Shown: positions 20,930 to 31,329, counted from the stretch's first letter. The stretch is DNA of 64,000 nucleotides from an uncultured delta proteobacterium (GCA_963737905.1 CAVTUQ010000007.1:256001-320000), one strand, 5' to 3'. The notes: generated by a model from the sequence alone, not told the origin. Numbers and translations are program-made.

Positions 20930-20945
20930 AGCAAGTAGAATGCCA
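20930..20945 (-). promoter_or_regulatory. Sigma-54 (-24/-12) promoter TGGCATTCTACTTGCT
   Basis: Fits TGGCAC-N5-TTGCW with one mismatch; ends 12 nt before ATG 20917; same spacing at the paralog. Confidence 0.75.
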
Positions 20946-21127
20946 TCGCGAATCGCCCGACGATTCCTTTGAAAGTATAATAAGTTTAGAAAAACCGATA
21001 CTTCCAGATTTCGTTTGTGCGTGATCACAGCTATTTGTGAAAGAGGTGTCAGCGTTCGACATACAGTGACAAGGAAAGTCCCTCACGAGGGGCTATCGCG
21101 CTACTTCGGGTTCTGCCGGGTGCATGA

Positions 21128-21616
21128 CTATGGTCGTGGCGTTGTCAATGGAGCAGGAGGGAGAGGTGGTGCGGCATATGCAGTGGGGAAGCCAGGAATT
21201 TGGTTGCCCTTGGCGTACATGCACTGCTGGTAAGCGATATCGTAGCGCCGCTGGATGGTCCACGACGCCCCATACCCGGCGTTGGCACCGACCGCGCTAC
21301 CCGTAAGCAGACCGGTTCCGGCACCGACAGCCGCTCCGGGTCCCGGACTGCCGAAGGCAGCGCCGATCGCACCACCCGCCGCCGCCCCAAGAGCAGTGCC
21401 CGCAGCGGCTCCAGTGATCGTGCTATTCGTCGTCGCTTGTTGTGGAGAAATCCCAACTTGTTGTTCGGCGTACTGCCGGCACAGGGCCTCTTCACCCACG
21501 AAGAGATCGAAGGGCTTGCCGGGCGCGGGCATCACCGCAATACTCGGGCCTAAGGGTACCTGCGTACAACCGGCCAGGAGAATTAAAGCCGAGATGAAAA
21601 TGGCGTTGACTCGCAT
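21128..21616 (-). CDS. Glycine-zipper lipoprotein
   Basis: Lipobox 'LAGC', Gly/Ala zipper, 'QRRYDIAYQQCMYAKG'. Confidence 0.85.
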   Translation of the reverse strand: MRVNAIFISALILLAGCTQVPLGPSIAVMPAPGKPFDLFVGEEALCRQYAEQQVGISPQQATTNSTITGAAAGTALGAAAGGAIGAAFGSPGPGAAVGAGTGLLTGSAVGANAGYGASWTIQRRYDIAYQQCMYAKGNQIPGFPTAYAAPPLPPAPLTTPRP

Positions 21617-21630
21617 CTCGTTACTTTCAC

Positions 21631-22065
21631 CTACCGAGAGCTATAAGCTGGCGGTGGAATCGGAGCTGGCGCGCCGGGAGCGGGAGCCGCCGGGACAGCT
21701 CTCCAACCGCTAGCGCACTCAGGAACGTAAGGATAGTAGCCCGCGGGACGATCGCAGTAGTACCAAGTTGGCGGCAATGCTTGGGGTTGTGGCGGTGGGG
21801 ACGGAGGAGCCTGAACAACTACCGGAGGAGTGTAAGGGTTTGGATAGGGATACACCGGTGCGGGATACCAGTACCAAGCGCCACCTACGATCCACCACCA
21901 GCCGAGCCGGGGCCCGTGCCAGCCGTGATACCAGCGCCCTCCACGCCAAACGACGATATCGTGCTGATGAAAGCCCCCGCGCCAAACAGGTCTCGGCTGA
22001 GCAAATACAGGCAGTGCCGCAGCCAACAATAGAACAGGCAGCACAGCCAAAATCAGTTTTTTCAT
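21631..22065 (-). CDS. Secreted Pro/Trp/Tyr-rich hypothetical protein
   Basis: Signal peptide, 'GWWWIVGGAWYWYP', 'WYYCDRPAGYYPYVPECASGW'; co-oriented with the glycine-zipper gene. Confidence 0.75.
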   Translation of the reverse strand: MKKLILAVLPVLLLAAALPVFAQPRPVWRGGFHQHDIVVWRGGRWYHGWHGPRLGWWWIVGGAWYWYPAPVYPYPNPYTPPVVVQAPPSPPPQPQALPPTWYYCDRPAGYYPYVPECASGWRAVPAAPAPGAPAPIPPPAYSSR

Positions 22066-22507
22066 TGTTGCTTGTTTCCTCCAAGGATTTTCTGAGAGAG
22101 GCCCGTGAGGGTCTTGGACCTGTCCAGGATATTCTATCTACCCTATTGGACGCCCAAGCATTAAAAATGTTTACTGGTTAGACTCCCAAACATCGAAAAT
22201 GTTTAGTGGGCCACCCATGTCCCAATGGTCGTCAAACAAAACCAATGCTTAGATCGCGGCTAACTATATCTATACGGTGGTCAAGCCGGACGGGCTAACC
22301 TTAGGAATGCCTCTGAATACAATTAACAATCGCATAGAAACCCCGCGCGGGGAGGTCGGAGACGCCAAGAAGCCAAGGAGTCAGAGTAGTGAGCTCGCAA
22401 TATAGGTTAAAAGTTGTCGGACCGATTGACCCCGCCAGAATTTTCCTTTATCAAAAGCGAAACCTTCATGTTTTAAAAGTTGATGTTTCCGATTAGAAAG
22501 GTATGAA

Positions 22508-24034
22508 ATGCGCTACGGCTTTGTCATCGATCAAAACCGCTGCATCGGCTGTCATGCCTGCACAGTCGCGTGCAAAGAAGAGCATAACATCGCGGTGGGC
22601 GTCAATCGCACGTGGGTAAAGTACATCGAAAAGGGCCATTATCCCGACACCCGCCGCCATTTCGCCGTGCTTCGATGTAACCATTGCGACGACGCGCCCT
22701 GTATCGAGATTTGTCCCACGGTGGCTCTCTTTCGCAGAAAGGATGGCATCGTGGACTTCGACAGCGAGCGCTGCATCGGCTGTAAGTCATGCATGCAAGC
22801 TTGCCCCTACGACGCGCTCTACATCGATCCCGATAGAAATACGGCGGCGAAATGCAACTTCGACGCCTCGCGCGTCGAGAGGGGTTACAAGCCGGCCTGC
22901 GAAGTCGTCTGCCCGACCCAAGCGATTCTTTCCGGCGACCTCGATGATCCGAACAGCCAGATCAGCCGGAGAATCGCGATGGACAAGGTGAGCGTTCGAA
23001 AACCCGAGAAGGGGACCAAGCCCAAACTCTTCTATGTCGGCGTGGACGGCGACTTGCTGAATCCGACGATGATGGAGCCTCAGTCGTCCCACTTTTGGGC
23101 GGAAAAAACTCCCGGAGAAGATCTTTACGCGCTAAACAAGAGCAAACTTCCGGAGCGGTCTGTGCCTGGCGCTGCCCGTGAAGTTTACGATGTTCCCCAC
23201 ATGACCCCTTGGGGAAAGAAAATCGCCTTTTACCTCTGGACGAAATCCATCGCCGCCGGGATTCTCCTCTTGTCGGCGCTGCTGCTGAATATGGGCTTCG
23301 AGCAGGATGCTTTAGTACTGAATTTTTTTAGTCCTGCGCTTTCGCTGATATTTTTGGCCGCGACGATGTTACTGCTGGTTTTCGATCTCAAGCGACCCGA
23401 TCGGTTTTTTTATCTGTTAACCAAACCCAACCTCGGCTCGTGGTTGGTCTTGGGCGGTTATGTCTTGATGATCTTCGGGATTCTCGCAACCGTGTGGCTT
23501 CTCCAAGGCATAACTCGGGGGGCCATTTCTATTTGGATCGTGTGGCTCACGGCGCTCTTCGCCGTTGCGTCGGCCGGCTATTCCGCTTTTCTGTTTGCGC
23601 AGGCCAGGGGTCGCGATTTTTGGCAAAGCCCGCTCTTGTTTTGGCATCTTCTAATTCAGGCAATGATGGCCGGCGCGGCGGTACTCCTGTTGTTGGGAAC
23701 TCTCATCGGCTTGAGCCTGCCGATGTTTTACTGGCTGGGTAACGTGCTCGTTATTTCCCTCTTTGCCGGATTGGGAATGATCTTCGCCGAGCACTTTATG
23801 AACCGTCGCAGCGAAGAGGTCGCGCGGGCGGCAGATCTGCTTTTCAAAGGAGCCTTGTGGAAACAATTTTGGCTCTTCGTCGTGCTCTTAGGGGTAGTCG
23901 CACCGATTGCGCTGATTCTATGGCCGACGCCATCGCTTATCCCGAACGTGATTGCGTCTGTGTTGGTATTGGCCGGCCTCTGGGTGTATGAAAATCTCTG
24001 GATCAAAGCCGGTCAAGCCGTGCCGTTGAGTTAA
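22508..24034 (+). CDS. Fusion of a 4x[4Fe-4S] electron-transfer subunit (NrfC/DmsB-like) and an NrfD/PsrC membrane anchor
   Basis: 'CIGCHAC', 'CNHCDDAPC', 'CIGCKSC..ACPY', 'PACEVVCP', then a hydrophobic domain with 'DLKRPDRF' and 'AGQ'. Confidence 0.9.
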   Translation: MRYGFVIDQNRCIGCHACTVACKEEHNIAVGVNRTWVKYIEKGHYPDTRRHFAVLRCNHCDDAPCIEICPTVALFRRKDGIVDFDSERCIGCKSCMQACPYDALYIDPDRNTAAKCNFDASRVERGYKPACEVVCPTQAILSGDLDDPNSQISRRIAMDKVSVRKPEKGTKPKLFYVGVDGDLLNPTMMEPQSSHFWAEKTPGEDLYALNKSKLPERSVPGAAREVYDVPHMTPWGKKIAFYLWTKSIAAGILLLSALLLNMGFEQDALVLNFFSPALSLIFLAATMLLLVFDLKRPDRFFYLLTKPNLGSWLVLGGYVLMIFGILATVWLLQGITRGAISIWIVWLTALFAVASAGYSAFLFAQARGRDFWQSPLLFWHLLIQAMMAGAAVLLLLGTLIGLSLPMFYWLGNVLVISLFAGLGMIFAEHFMNRRSEEVARAADLLFKGALWKQFWLFVVLLGVVAPIALILWPTPSLIPNVIASVLVLAGLWVYENLWIKAGQAVPLS

Positions 24035-24089
24035 AAGAGAGTCTCGCGATAAGCGAGACTCTCTTTATCCTGAGCGAAGCGAAGGATCT
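24034..24089. repeat. 14-bp perfect inverted repeat followed by a REP-like half element
   Basis: AAAGAGAGTCTCGC-gataa-GCGAGACTCTCTTT, then ATCCTGAGCGAAGCGAAGGATCT. Confidence 0.75.
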
Positions 24090-24127
24090 TCCAACGAAAT
24101 CGAATTACTGTTAAAAGGAACTCGAAT

Positions 24128-26953
24128 ATGTCCGAAACTCGGCGGCCTCTTCATCCATCGGCTTTGCGACTCGAAGCACCCAGCGGGTTAGCCAGCTATC
24201 CACCCGTAGAAAAGTGGGACGATTGGATCGAATACGATACGGCCCATTGGCCGAGAAAGGTAGAGAAGCATTATCAAATCATCCCGACTATTTGTTTTAA
24301 TTGTGAGGCGGCGTGCGGACTCGTCGGTTTGGTTGATAAGGAAACGATGCGCATCCGGCGATTCGAAGGCAACCCCGAACATCCCGGCAGCCGAGGACGC
24401 AATTGTGCCAAAGGACCAGCGACGCTCAATCAAGTCACCGATCCCGAGCGGATTCGCTATCCCTTGAAGCGGATGGGAAAGAGGGGCGAAGGAAAATGGG
24501 AACGAGTGAGCTGGGACGAAGTTCTCGATGATATCGCCGCCCGCGTGCGAAAGGCGCTTCAAGAAGATCGGCAGAGCGAGATCATGTATCACGTCGGCCG
24601 GCCGGGACATGAGCTACTTTATCATCAGCGAATTTTTCACGCCTGGGGAATAGATGGTCATAATAGCCATACCAATGTTTGCTCGGCCGGGGCCCGCGCA
24701 GGGCTATGCTTTCTGGTCGGGCATCGATCGGCCTTCGCCCGATCATGCCAACGCGCGTTTCATTCTATTGTTGAGCTCCCATTTAGAGACCGGCCACTAT
24801 TTCAATCCCCATGCCCAGCGAATCATCGAGGGTAAGGAACAAGGGGCAAAGATCTGCGTCATTGACACACGGCTTTCCAACACGGCCTCCAAAGCCGATT
24901 ACTGGCTATCGTCATGGCCGGGCAGCGAAGCGGCGATCCTGCTGGCCCTGTGTAATATCTTGTTGCAGGAAGATCTCTTTGACCGTGAGTTCGTGAGAAA
25001 GTGGGTCAATTGGGAACAGTTTCTGCGAGAGGAGCACGCTGATAAGCCACAAACATTTTCATCATTTTGCTTGATATTGAAGGAAGCCTACGCTCAATAC
25101 ACGCCGGCATTTGCCGCCAAAGAAGCCGGAGTCGATCCGCAAGTCCTTGTCGAGGTCGCGCATGAAATAGCTCGCGCCGGTTCGGCGTTTTCCGCCCACG
25201 TATGGCGCAACGCGGCGGCGGGAAATTTCGGTGGCTGGCAGGTTGCGCGGGCACTGCAGTTCTTGAGCGTCCTCGTTGGGGCCGTGGGAACCCCCGGAGG
25301 CACGGCGCCAAATGCAGCAAACAAATACATCCCGGCTCCGCCGCTCATGCCGCCTCCATCCAAGGTATGGAACGAGATGCTTCTACCGAAGGAGTATCCG
25401 CTAGCGTTTTTCGAGATGAGTTTTCTCTTGCCTCACTTCATCAAGGAAGGGAGGGGCAAGCTCGCGATGTATTTTACCCGTGTTTATAACCCGGTCTGGA
25501 CTAACCCAGACGGCATGAGCTGGATCGAGATGCTGACCGACGAAAGCAAAGTCGAGCGGCACGCCTGCCTCACGCCAACCTGGAGCGAGACCGCTTGGTT
25601 CGCCGATTATGTCTTACCGATGGGCCATGGCGCGGAACGGCATGATCTGATGAGCCAAGAAACCCAGGCGGCGCGCTGGATCGGCTTTCGCCAACCGATA
25701 TTGCGGGTCGTTCTGGAAAAGCAGGGGAAAAAGTTCAACACCACCTATGAGGCTCACGCAGCGGCCGGCATCGGTGAAGTCTGGGAAGAGGACGAATTCT
25801 GGATTGAACTGTCGTGGCGTGTCGACCCCGACGGGTCATTGGGGATTCGGAAATACTTTGAGTCGCCTTATGAGGCAGGCAAGAAGATGACCGTGAACGA
25901 TTACTACCGATGGATCTTTGAAAACAGCGTTCCCGGTCTTCCGGCGGCGGCTGAAAAACAAGGACTGACTCCACTGGAATACATGCGCAAATACGGCGCG
26001 TTTTTGATCGAAGATAATGTCTACAAGGTCCACGAAACTAGGCTCAAGTCGGGTGATCTAGCGGACGCCGTTACGGACCCGGTCACAAATCTCATTTCAA
26101 AAAATGGCGTCGTTTTGGGAGTCGAAGTCGATGGAGCCGCGTGCGCCGGTTTTCCGACGCCGTCGCGCAAGCTAGAGTTTTATTCAAAGACCCTGAAGGA
26201 TTGGAAATGGCCGGAGTATGTCATCCCCGGCTATATCAAGAGCCACGTTCACCCGACAACATCGACATCAACGCCGGCGAGATGCTGCTGCTGCCAACGT
26301 TCCGCTTGCCGACGTTGATTCACACCCGCTCCGGAAATGCGAAGTGGCTGTACGAGATTTCGCACCGAAACCCGCTCTGGATCAATCCAAAAGACGCCCA
26401 GAATCTAGAGGTAAAAACCGGAGATCTCCTAAAAGTCCACACCGAGATCGGTTATTTCATCGATAAGGTTTGGGTCACGGAAGGAATCAAACCCGGCGTC
26501 GTCGCTTGCTCGCACCACCTAGGTCGTTGGCGGTTGCAAGAAGACTGCGGCGGCGAACGCTGGTCCACCGCGCTGGTGGATCTGAAGCAAGTCGAACCCG
26601 GCAAGTGGATGATGCGCCACATTCACGGAATCAAACCTTTTAAGAGCGATGACCCGGATTCTGAGCGAATCTTCTGGGAAGACGGCGGCGTGCACCAGAA
26701 TCTGACTTTTCCGGTGCAGCCCGACACCATCAGCGGCCAGCACTGCTGGCACCAAAAAGTCCGCGTCACCAAACCGGGTCCCGACGACAGGTACGGCGAC
26801 GTCTTCGTCGACACCAACAAATCCCACGAGGTTTACAAACGCTGGCTCGGCAAGACTCGCCCCGGGCCTGGGCCTAACAATCTACGTCGCCCGCTTTGGC
26901 TACCGCGTTCGTATAAACCGGCACCGGAGGCTTATTATTTTAGTGATAAATGA
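24128..26953 (+). CDS. Mo/W-bisPGD oxidoreductase catalytic subunit (frameshifts near 24700 and 26255)
   Basis: 'CFNCEAAC...NCAKG' FeS0 motif, 'RIRYPLKR.GKRGEGKWERVSWDE', 'HTNVCS', 'SETAWFADYVLP', 'LWINPKDA'; spread over three overlapping ORFs. Confidence 0.88.
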
Positions 26954-27098
26954 AAACCTGCCAAAGATGTTGGAATGGTCGAGCGGGATCTAAAGACTTT
27001 GAGAAATCTGTTGGACAGTTGAGTTTGCGATTTTAGCTCGTCACGCGTGGGTTGGCCGCGGGCACCACGCTCGCACACCTCAACCCCGTGGCTCGTCG

Positions 27099-27710
27099 CT
27101 ATTTGCCTTCCCGCATGGCGCGCGCCCGCTTCGCTGCCGGCCGCTCCCAGCAGCGGTTGAGCCAGGCCTGCGCGCGCGGCCATTTTTTGAGATCGATCGC
27201 CAACGCACGGTAAAGCGCCGCGGCAACGTTGAGATCGCCGACTGAAAATGCAGGGCCGGCAAGCCACTCCGCTTTCGCGAGCGCAGTCTCCAGCACGTCG
27301 AACGATGCCGTGACTTCCTTCCATGCGGCCTCGGCAATCTCCTTTTTGCGCTCGGCCTCCGGAAACTCCGTAGTATGCCTGACGTAGTTCACGATCTGGC
27401 GGTCGAGCCGGTCGGTCTCCCATAGGCTCCACTGTAAGGCAAGCGCCTCGTTTCTGGGGTCCGACGGATACAGCGGGCTCTTGTGCTTCTTCGCGAGATA
27501 GAAATTGATCGCCATCGACTCCGACAGCACGAAGCCGTCGTCGTCTATCACCGGTACGCGGCCATTGGGATTCAACGCGCGAAACTCCGGCTTCCTCGTC
27601 TCCGGCGCGCGGGGCAGGTAATCCTTGTGGTCGTAGGTCAGTCCCAGCTCACCGAGCATCCACAAGGTGCGCACGGCGCGAGATCGCGCGGAGCCGTATA
27701 GACGTAGCAT
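27099..27710 (-). CDS. Glutathione S-transferase family protein
   Basis: 'LYGSARSRA', 'LNPNGRVP', 'LSESMAINFYLA', 'FSVGDL'. Confidence 0.9.
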   Translation of the reverse strand: MLRLYGSARSRAVRTLWMLGELGLTYDHKDYLPRAPETRKPEFRALNPNGRVPVIDDDGFVLSESMAINFYLAKKHKSPLYPSDPRNEALALQWSLWETDRLDRQIVNYVRHTTEFPEAERKKEIAEAAWKEVTASFDVLETALAKAEWLAGPAFSVGDLNVAAALYRALAIDLKKWPRAQAWLNRCWERPAAKRARAMREGK

Positions 27711-27757
27711 CGTTTATCCTCCCCAGTGTAGTGATAATAAATGGATACTTTGTGTTA

Positions 27758-27910
27758 TGACTCAGCATGTGCGCGAAACGCCTTTTTGCAGTGAACGCCT
27801 CCCGCAGCGCCGCTTTGCCGTGGCCGGAGCACTGCTGATTGCCACTCAGCTCCCCGGGCGCAGCAGCCGGCATATCCGGCAAAAATCATACGCTTGATCG
27901 TATTCCGCGT
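27758..27910 (+). pseudogene. Remnant of a Bug/TctC protein N-terminus
   Basis: Signal-like 'RRFAVAGALLIATQLP' then, after a frame change, 'QQPAYPAKIIRLIVF' (compare YPxKPIRLIVPF); no continuation. Confidence 0.45.
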
Positions 27911-28091
27911 ACAGCTAACTAATTCAACAGCCTCTTACCGCAATCGGGGGCAGCTGTCCAGCTCTACCCACACGAACGACTCGCTTGACAACATTTCTCG
28001 AAATGCAGGATATTTCGAGATCATGTCGTTACATTGACGGAAAATTCCCGGTTGCGGACAGCTCAAACGGCTCACGAAAGAGATTCTGACA

Positions 28092-29048
28092 ATGCGTGAT
28101 TGGAACAAACTGCTAGTCGCTCTCGCGATAGGATCGTTGCTCATTTCGAGCCTGGCGTTCGCTCAACAGCAACCAAAACTCAAGCCGCTAAGAATAGCGC
28201 TCCCCAGCAATACAATCGGCGCAACGCATTTTTATGTCGGCAAGAGCCTGGGAATTTTTGAAAATTACGGATTTGACCCACAGATCTTGGTGCTGGAGCC
28301 GCGCGCGGCCCTCGCCGCACTATTGACCGGAGATTTAGACTTCTATACCGCCACCGGAACCACCACTCGAGCCGCGCTTCGGGGTGTGCCCGTCCGGATC
28401 ATCATGGTGGGTCTGAACCGTCCGGATCATGCGCTGGTTGCCGCCAAAGAGATTACGAGCGTGGAACAACTAAGGGGCAAGGTGGTGGGAGGTTATACCG
28501 CCCAGGCGACCGTAAACGTAATTTTGACAGAGCTTATGCGGCGCAAGGGTCTCAGGCCGGATGAATACAAGATCCTCAATGTCGGCACGGCACGCCTCGC
28601 AGCGCTGACCGCCGGCAATGTACCCGCAGCCGTGCTCAATGGTCTGGAGACGGTTTATGCGGTGAAACAGGGGTTCCGCGTACTGGCCAGAGCAGCCGAG
28701 GTCATCGAACTATCCACCGGCGGACTCGGCGCTTCGGTGGCTAGCTTGCAAAATAAACGGGACGTTCTTCGAAGGGCAATACAAGCGACGTTGGAGTGTA
28801 TCCGGATAACAGCCAGCCAAAAGGAAAGAGTGCTGCCCGTTCTAATGAAACAACTGTCGCTGTCACAGGAAGACGCGGCATCGATCTATGACGCGGTCCA
28901 CTCGGCATGGGCATTGGACGGCAGACCCACGCCCGGCGCGACTAAATTTGAGTTCGAGATCGATCAACGCGACATGGGGCTAAAGGAGCCTCCCAGGCCC
29001 GAGCAGGTTTTTGATTTCTCATTGTTGGATGAGTTGGGAAAGCGGTAA
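28092..29048 (+). CDS. ABC transporter substrate-binding protein (NMT1/SsuA-like)
   Basis: Signal peptide, 'ALLTGDLDF', 'EQLRGKVVG', C-terminal 'FDFSLL'. Confidence 0.82.
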   Translation: MRDWNKLLVALAIGSLLISSLAFAQQQPKLKPLRIALPSNTIGATHFYVGKSLGIFENYGFDPQILVLEPRAALAALLTGDLDFYTATGTTTRAALRGVPVRIIMVGLNRPDHALVAAKEITSVEQLRGKVVGGYTAQATVNVILTELMRRKGLRPDEYKILNVGTARLAALTAGNVPAAVLNGLETVYAVKQGFRVLARAAEVIELSTGGLGASVASLQNKRDVLRRAIQATLECIRITASQKERVLPVLMKQLSLSQEDAASIYDAVHSAWALDGRPTPGATKFEFEIDQRDMGLKEPPRPEQVFDFSLLDELGKR

Positions 29049-29087
29049 GTGCGAAATGATCAGGGTCCCAGAGGGAGGATGAAACCT

Positions 29088-29639
29088 ATGACCGATCAAG
29101 ACCTTAATCCGGAGCAGCAGGCGATGGTGGAGATTTGGGAGGGGCACATGGCTGCCGAGTTCAAAACGAAAGACATCGATGCAACGATGGCGACGATGAC
29201 GTCAGATCCTTTCGTCAATCATGTCCCCGTGATGACAGGCGGCGTCGGCTATACTGAAGTCCGCCATTTTTACGGCAACTATTTCATTCCTTGCCAGCCG
29301 CCGGACACAGACATCGTGCCGGTCACACGAACGGTTGGAAAAGATCGTATTGTCGATGAACTCATTCATAAGTTTACCCACACAATCGAGATGCCATGGA
29401 TGCTTCCCGGCATACCGCCCACGGGTAGGCGAGTCGAAATCGCCGTCGTCGTGGTCGTCCAGTTCAAAGATGGAAAGATCGCCGGTGAACACATTTATTG
29501 GGACCAGGCCTCTGTGCTTGCTCAGATAGGATTGATTGATGCGAAGAAACTACCGGCAACGGGGATCGAGTCCTCCCGCAAAGTTATAGGTGCCTCGCAG
29601 GAACCATCCAATAGATTGATCAGGCCGGTGAGCGGATAA
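29088..29639 (+). CDS. SnoaL-like/ester cyclase (NTF2-fold) protein
   Basis: 'WEGHMAAEF..D.DATMATM', 'VNHVPVMTGG', 'PGIPPTG', 'EHIYWDQASVL'. Confidence 0.85.
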   Translation: MTDQDLNPEQQAMVEIWEGHMAAEFKTKDIDATMATMTSDPFVNHVPVMTGGVGYTEVRHFYGNYFIPCQPPDTDIVPVTRTVGKDRIVDELIHKFTHTIEMPWMLPGIPPTGRRVEIAVVVVVQFKDGKIAGEHIYWDQASVLAQIGLIDAKKLPATGIESSRKVIGASQEPSNRLIRPVSG

Positions 29640-29700
29640 GAAAATTAGGTCACTGCGACGCAGATGGGCAGGTAGGCTGCGTAATCGCTTGCAGCTCGGA

Positions 29701-30135
29701 TCACGTAATTGGCTTGAACTTCGGCAACCAGATCTCCGGCGACTGTTGTTCGAATATGATGGAAACTTTCATGCCGAGCTTGACGTCTTCCACCGGACAG
29801 CCGACCACGTTGCTGATCATACGTGGCCCTTCTTCTAAATCGATCCAGGCAACGACGTAGGGGATATCGGGCTCAAAGGCCTTCGACGCTGCTCGGCCGA
29901 CGACTTGGCGGATTACGGTGAAGGAATAAACTTCGCCTTTGCCGGTGAGCTCAGTCCATTTGATCCGTTCGCTGCCGCATTCGAAGCAGGAGGGGCGCGG
30001 TGTCCACACCCAGGCGCGGCAGTCTTGGCACCTTTGCATTAGCAGTTTCTTTTGGGCTGCCGCATCCCAGAAGGGTTTTGCTTCCGTGGTGATCTGGGGC
30101 AGTGGTTTCTTAATCGCCGTTTCAGCCATAGGCAC
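29701..30135 (-). CDS. Zn-ribbon/OB-fold protein (DUF35/ChsH2-like)
   Basis: 'PFWDAA', CxxC...CxxC, 'GKGEVYSFTV', 'PYVVAWIDLEEGPRM'. Confidence 0.9.
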   Translation of the reverse strand: MPMAETAIKKPLPQITTEAKPFWDAAAQKKLLMQRCQDCRAWVWTPRPSCFECGSERIKWTELTGKGEVYSFTVIRQVVGRAASKAFEPDIPYVVAWIDLEEGPRMISNVVGCPVEDVKLGMKVSIIFEQQSPEIWLPKFKPIT

Positions 30136-31329
30136 TCACGCGTCTTTTCCCAGGACTGCTACCGCGCAGCAGCCAAGGTTTTTTCCGTAGGGTAGAACGC
30201 CTAGTCCGGTGACGAGTCCAACCTTGGCTCCGGGCACCTGCCTGTCGCCGCCTTCGCCTCGTAATTGCCGAACCGCCTCCAGAATATGGAGCGTTCCGCC
30301 TGCGGTTGATGGCTGGCCGCAATTGATCATACCGCCGCCGGTTTGAATCGGCAGTTGCCCTTTAAACGTAAAATCCGTTCGTTCGAAATATCCAAGATCT
30401 CCTTTTGTGCAAAAACCCAGGTCTTCGATCTGCAAATACACGACGATGATGTAATCGTCGTACATCTCCAAGAGATTGATATCCCCGTGCTTTACTCCCG
30501 CCATTTCCATCGCCACTTTGCCGGCGTCTTTTATTCCCATGATCAGGGCGTCGGAACCGGCGCGGGCTCCGTAGGAGGGATTGCTCCTTTCACCAAAACC
30601 AAGGAGATAGGCAGGAGGCTTGCGCAACGCCTTCGCCCGCTCCGGCGAGGCCAGGATGTAAGCTTTACCTCCGTTGGCCGGTAGCACGCAGTCGAGCAGC
30701 CGAACGGGATCGGCAACCAGACGCGAATTTTTGTAGTCTTCGATGGTGATCGGTTTTCTCAAATACGCGTTGGGATTCAAGCTGGCGTGATAACGGCCCG
30801 CCACTGCGATCTTGCCGAGATGATCGAGGGTCGTGCCGTACTCGTGCATGTGCCGGCGCATGACCATTGCGATTTTGCTGTTGGGACCCATAGTCCCGAA
30901 GGGAATTTCGAAATCGCGCATATCGCCCGGCTGCAACCCACCGCCGTGATGCTCCGAGAACGGAGCCGCAGCGCCGATACACATCGCGAGATCGATCATG
31001 CCGGAGCTAATCGCGGCGCTCATCTGGCCCAAAAGAGAAACCGATCCGGCGCCGCCGGTGCCCCCGGAAAAAAGCATCCCCGGCGTGATGCCGAGAATCT
31101 CTGCTACTTCTTCGGGCCAAAAGGGCTGCGGATAAGCCGTGGGGATCGTGGCTCCCAGTCCTTGGCCGTTAAAGTCCTTGAGATTGAGTCCCGCGTCCTC
31201 CAATGCCAGATGCATCGCCCAGGAAAGATATTCGGCGCTTGATTTGCGCGGCTCGTCCGGCTTTGAGCCGAGACGGTCGGCCGGCGTCTCGCCGATGCCG
31301 ACGATGGCAGCTTTACCGCGGATGCTCAT
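30136..31329 (-). CDS. Thiolase-superfamily (SCP-x/Ltp2-like) protein
   Basis: 'AAIVGIGET', 'RRHMHEYG', 'NPNA', 'LLDC', 'YDDY', 'EAVRQLRGEGGDRQV'; paired with the DUF35 gene. Confidence 0.88.
   Translation of the reverse strand: MSIRGKAAIVGIGETPADRLGSKPDEPRKSSAEYLSWAMHLALEDAGLNLKDFNGQGLGATIPTAYPQPFWPEEVAEILGITPGMLFSGGTGGAGSVSLLGQMSAAISSGMIDLAMCIGAAAPFSEHHGGGLQPGDMRDFEIPFGTMGPNSKIAMVMRRHMHEYGTTLDHLGKIAVAGRYHASLNPNAYLRKPITIEDYKNSRLVADPVRLLDCVLPANGGKAYILASPERAKALRKPPAYLLGFGERSNPSYGARAGSDALIMGIKDAGKVAMEMAGVKHGDINLLEMYDDYIIVVYLQIEDLGFCTKGDLGYFERTDFTFKGQLPIQTGGGMINCGQPSTAGGTLHILEAVRQLRGEGGDRQVPGAKVGLVTGLGVLPYGKNLGCCAVAVLGKDA

Noticed and set aside
20918-21028. N-terminal extension of the zinc microprotein given by the ORF track
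   Set aside because: Paralog similarity starts at Met 20917, and the extension contains the sigma-54 motif.
22070-22500. Possible Moco riboswitch or ncRNA upstream of the Mo enzyme
   Set aside because: No recognisable conserved structure by eye; an Rfam scan would be needed.
26950-27022. Possible HEPN-like gene remnant ('MVERDLKTLRNLLDS')
   Set aside because: Too short to support.
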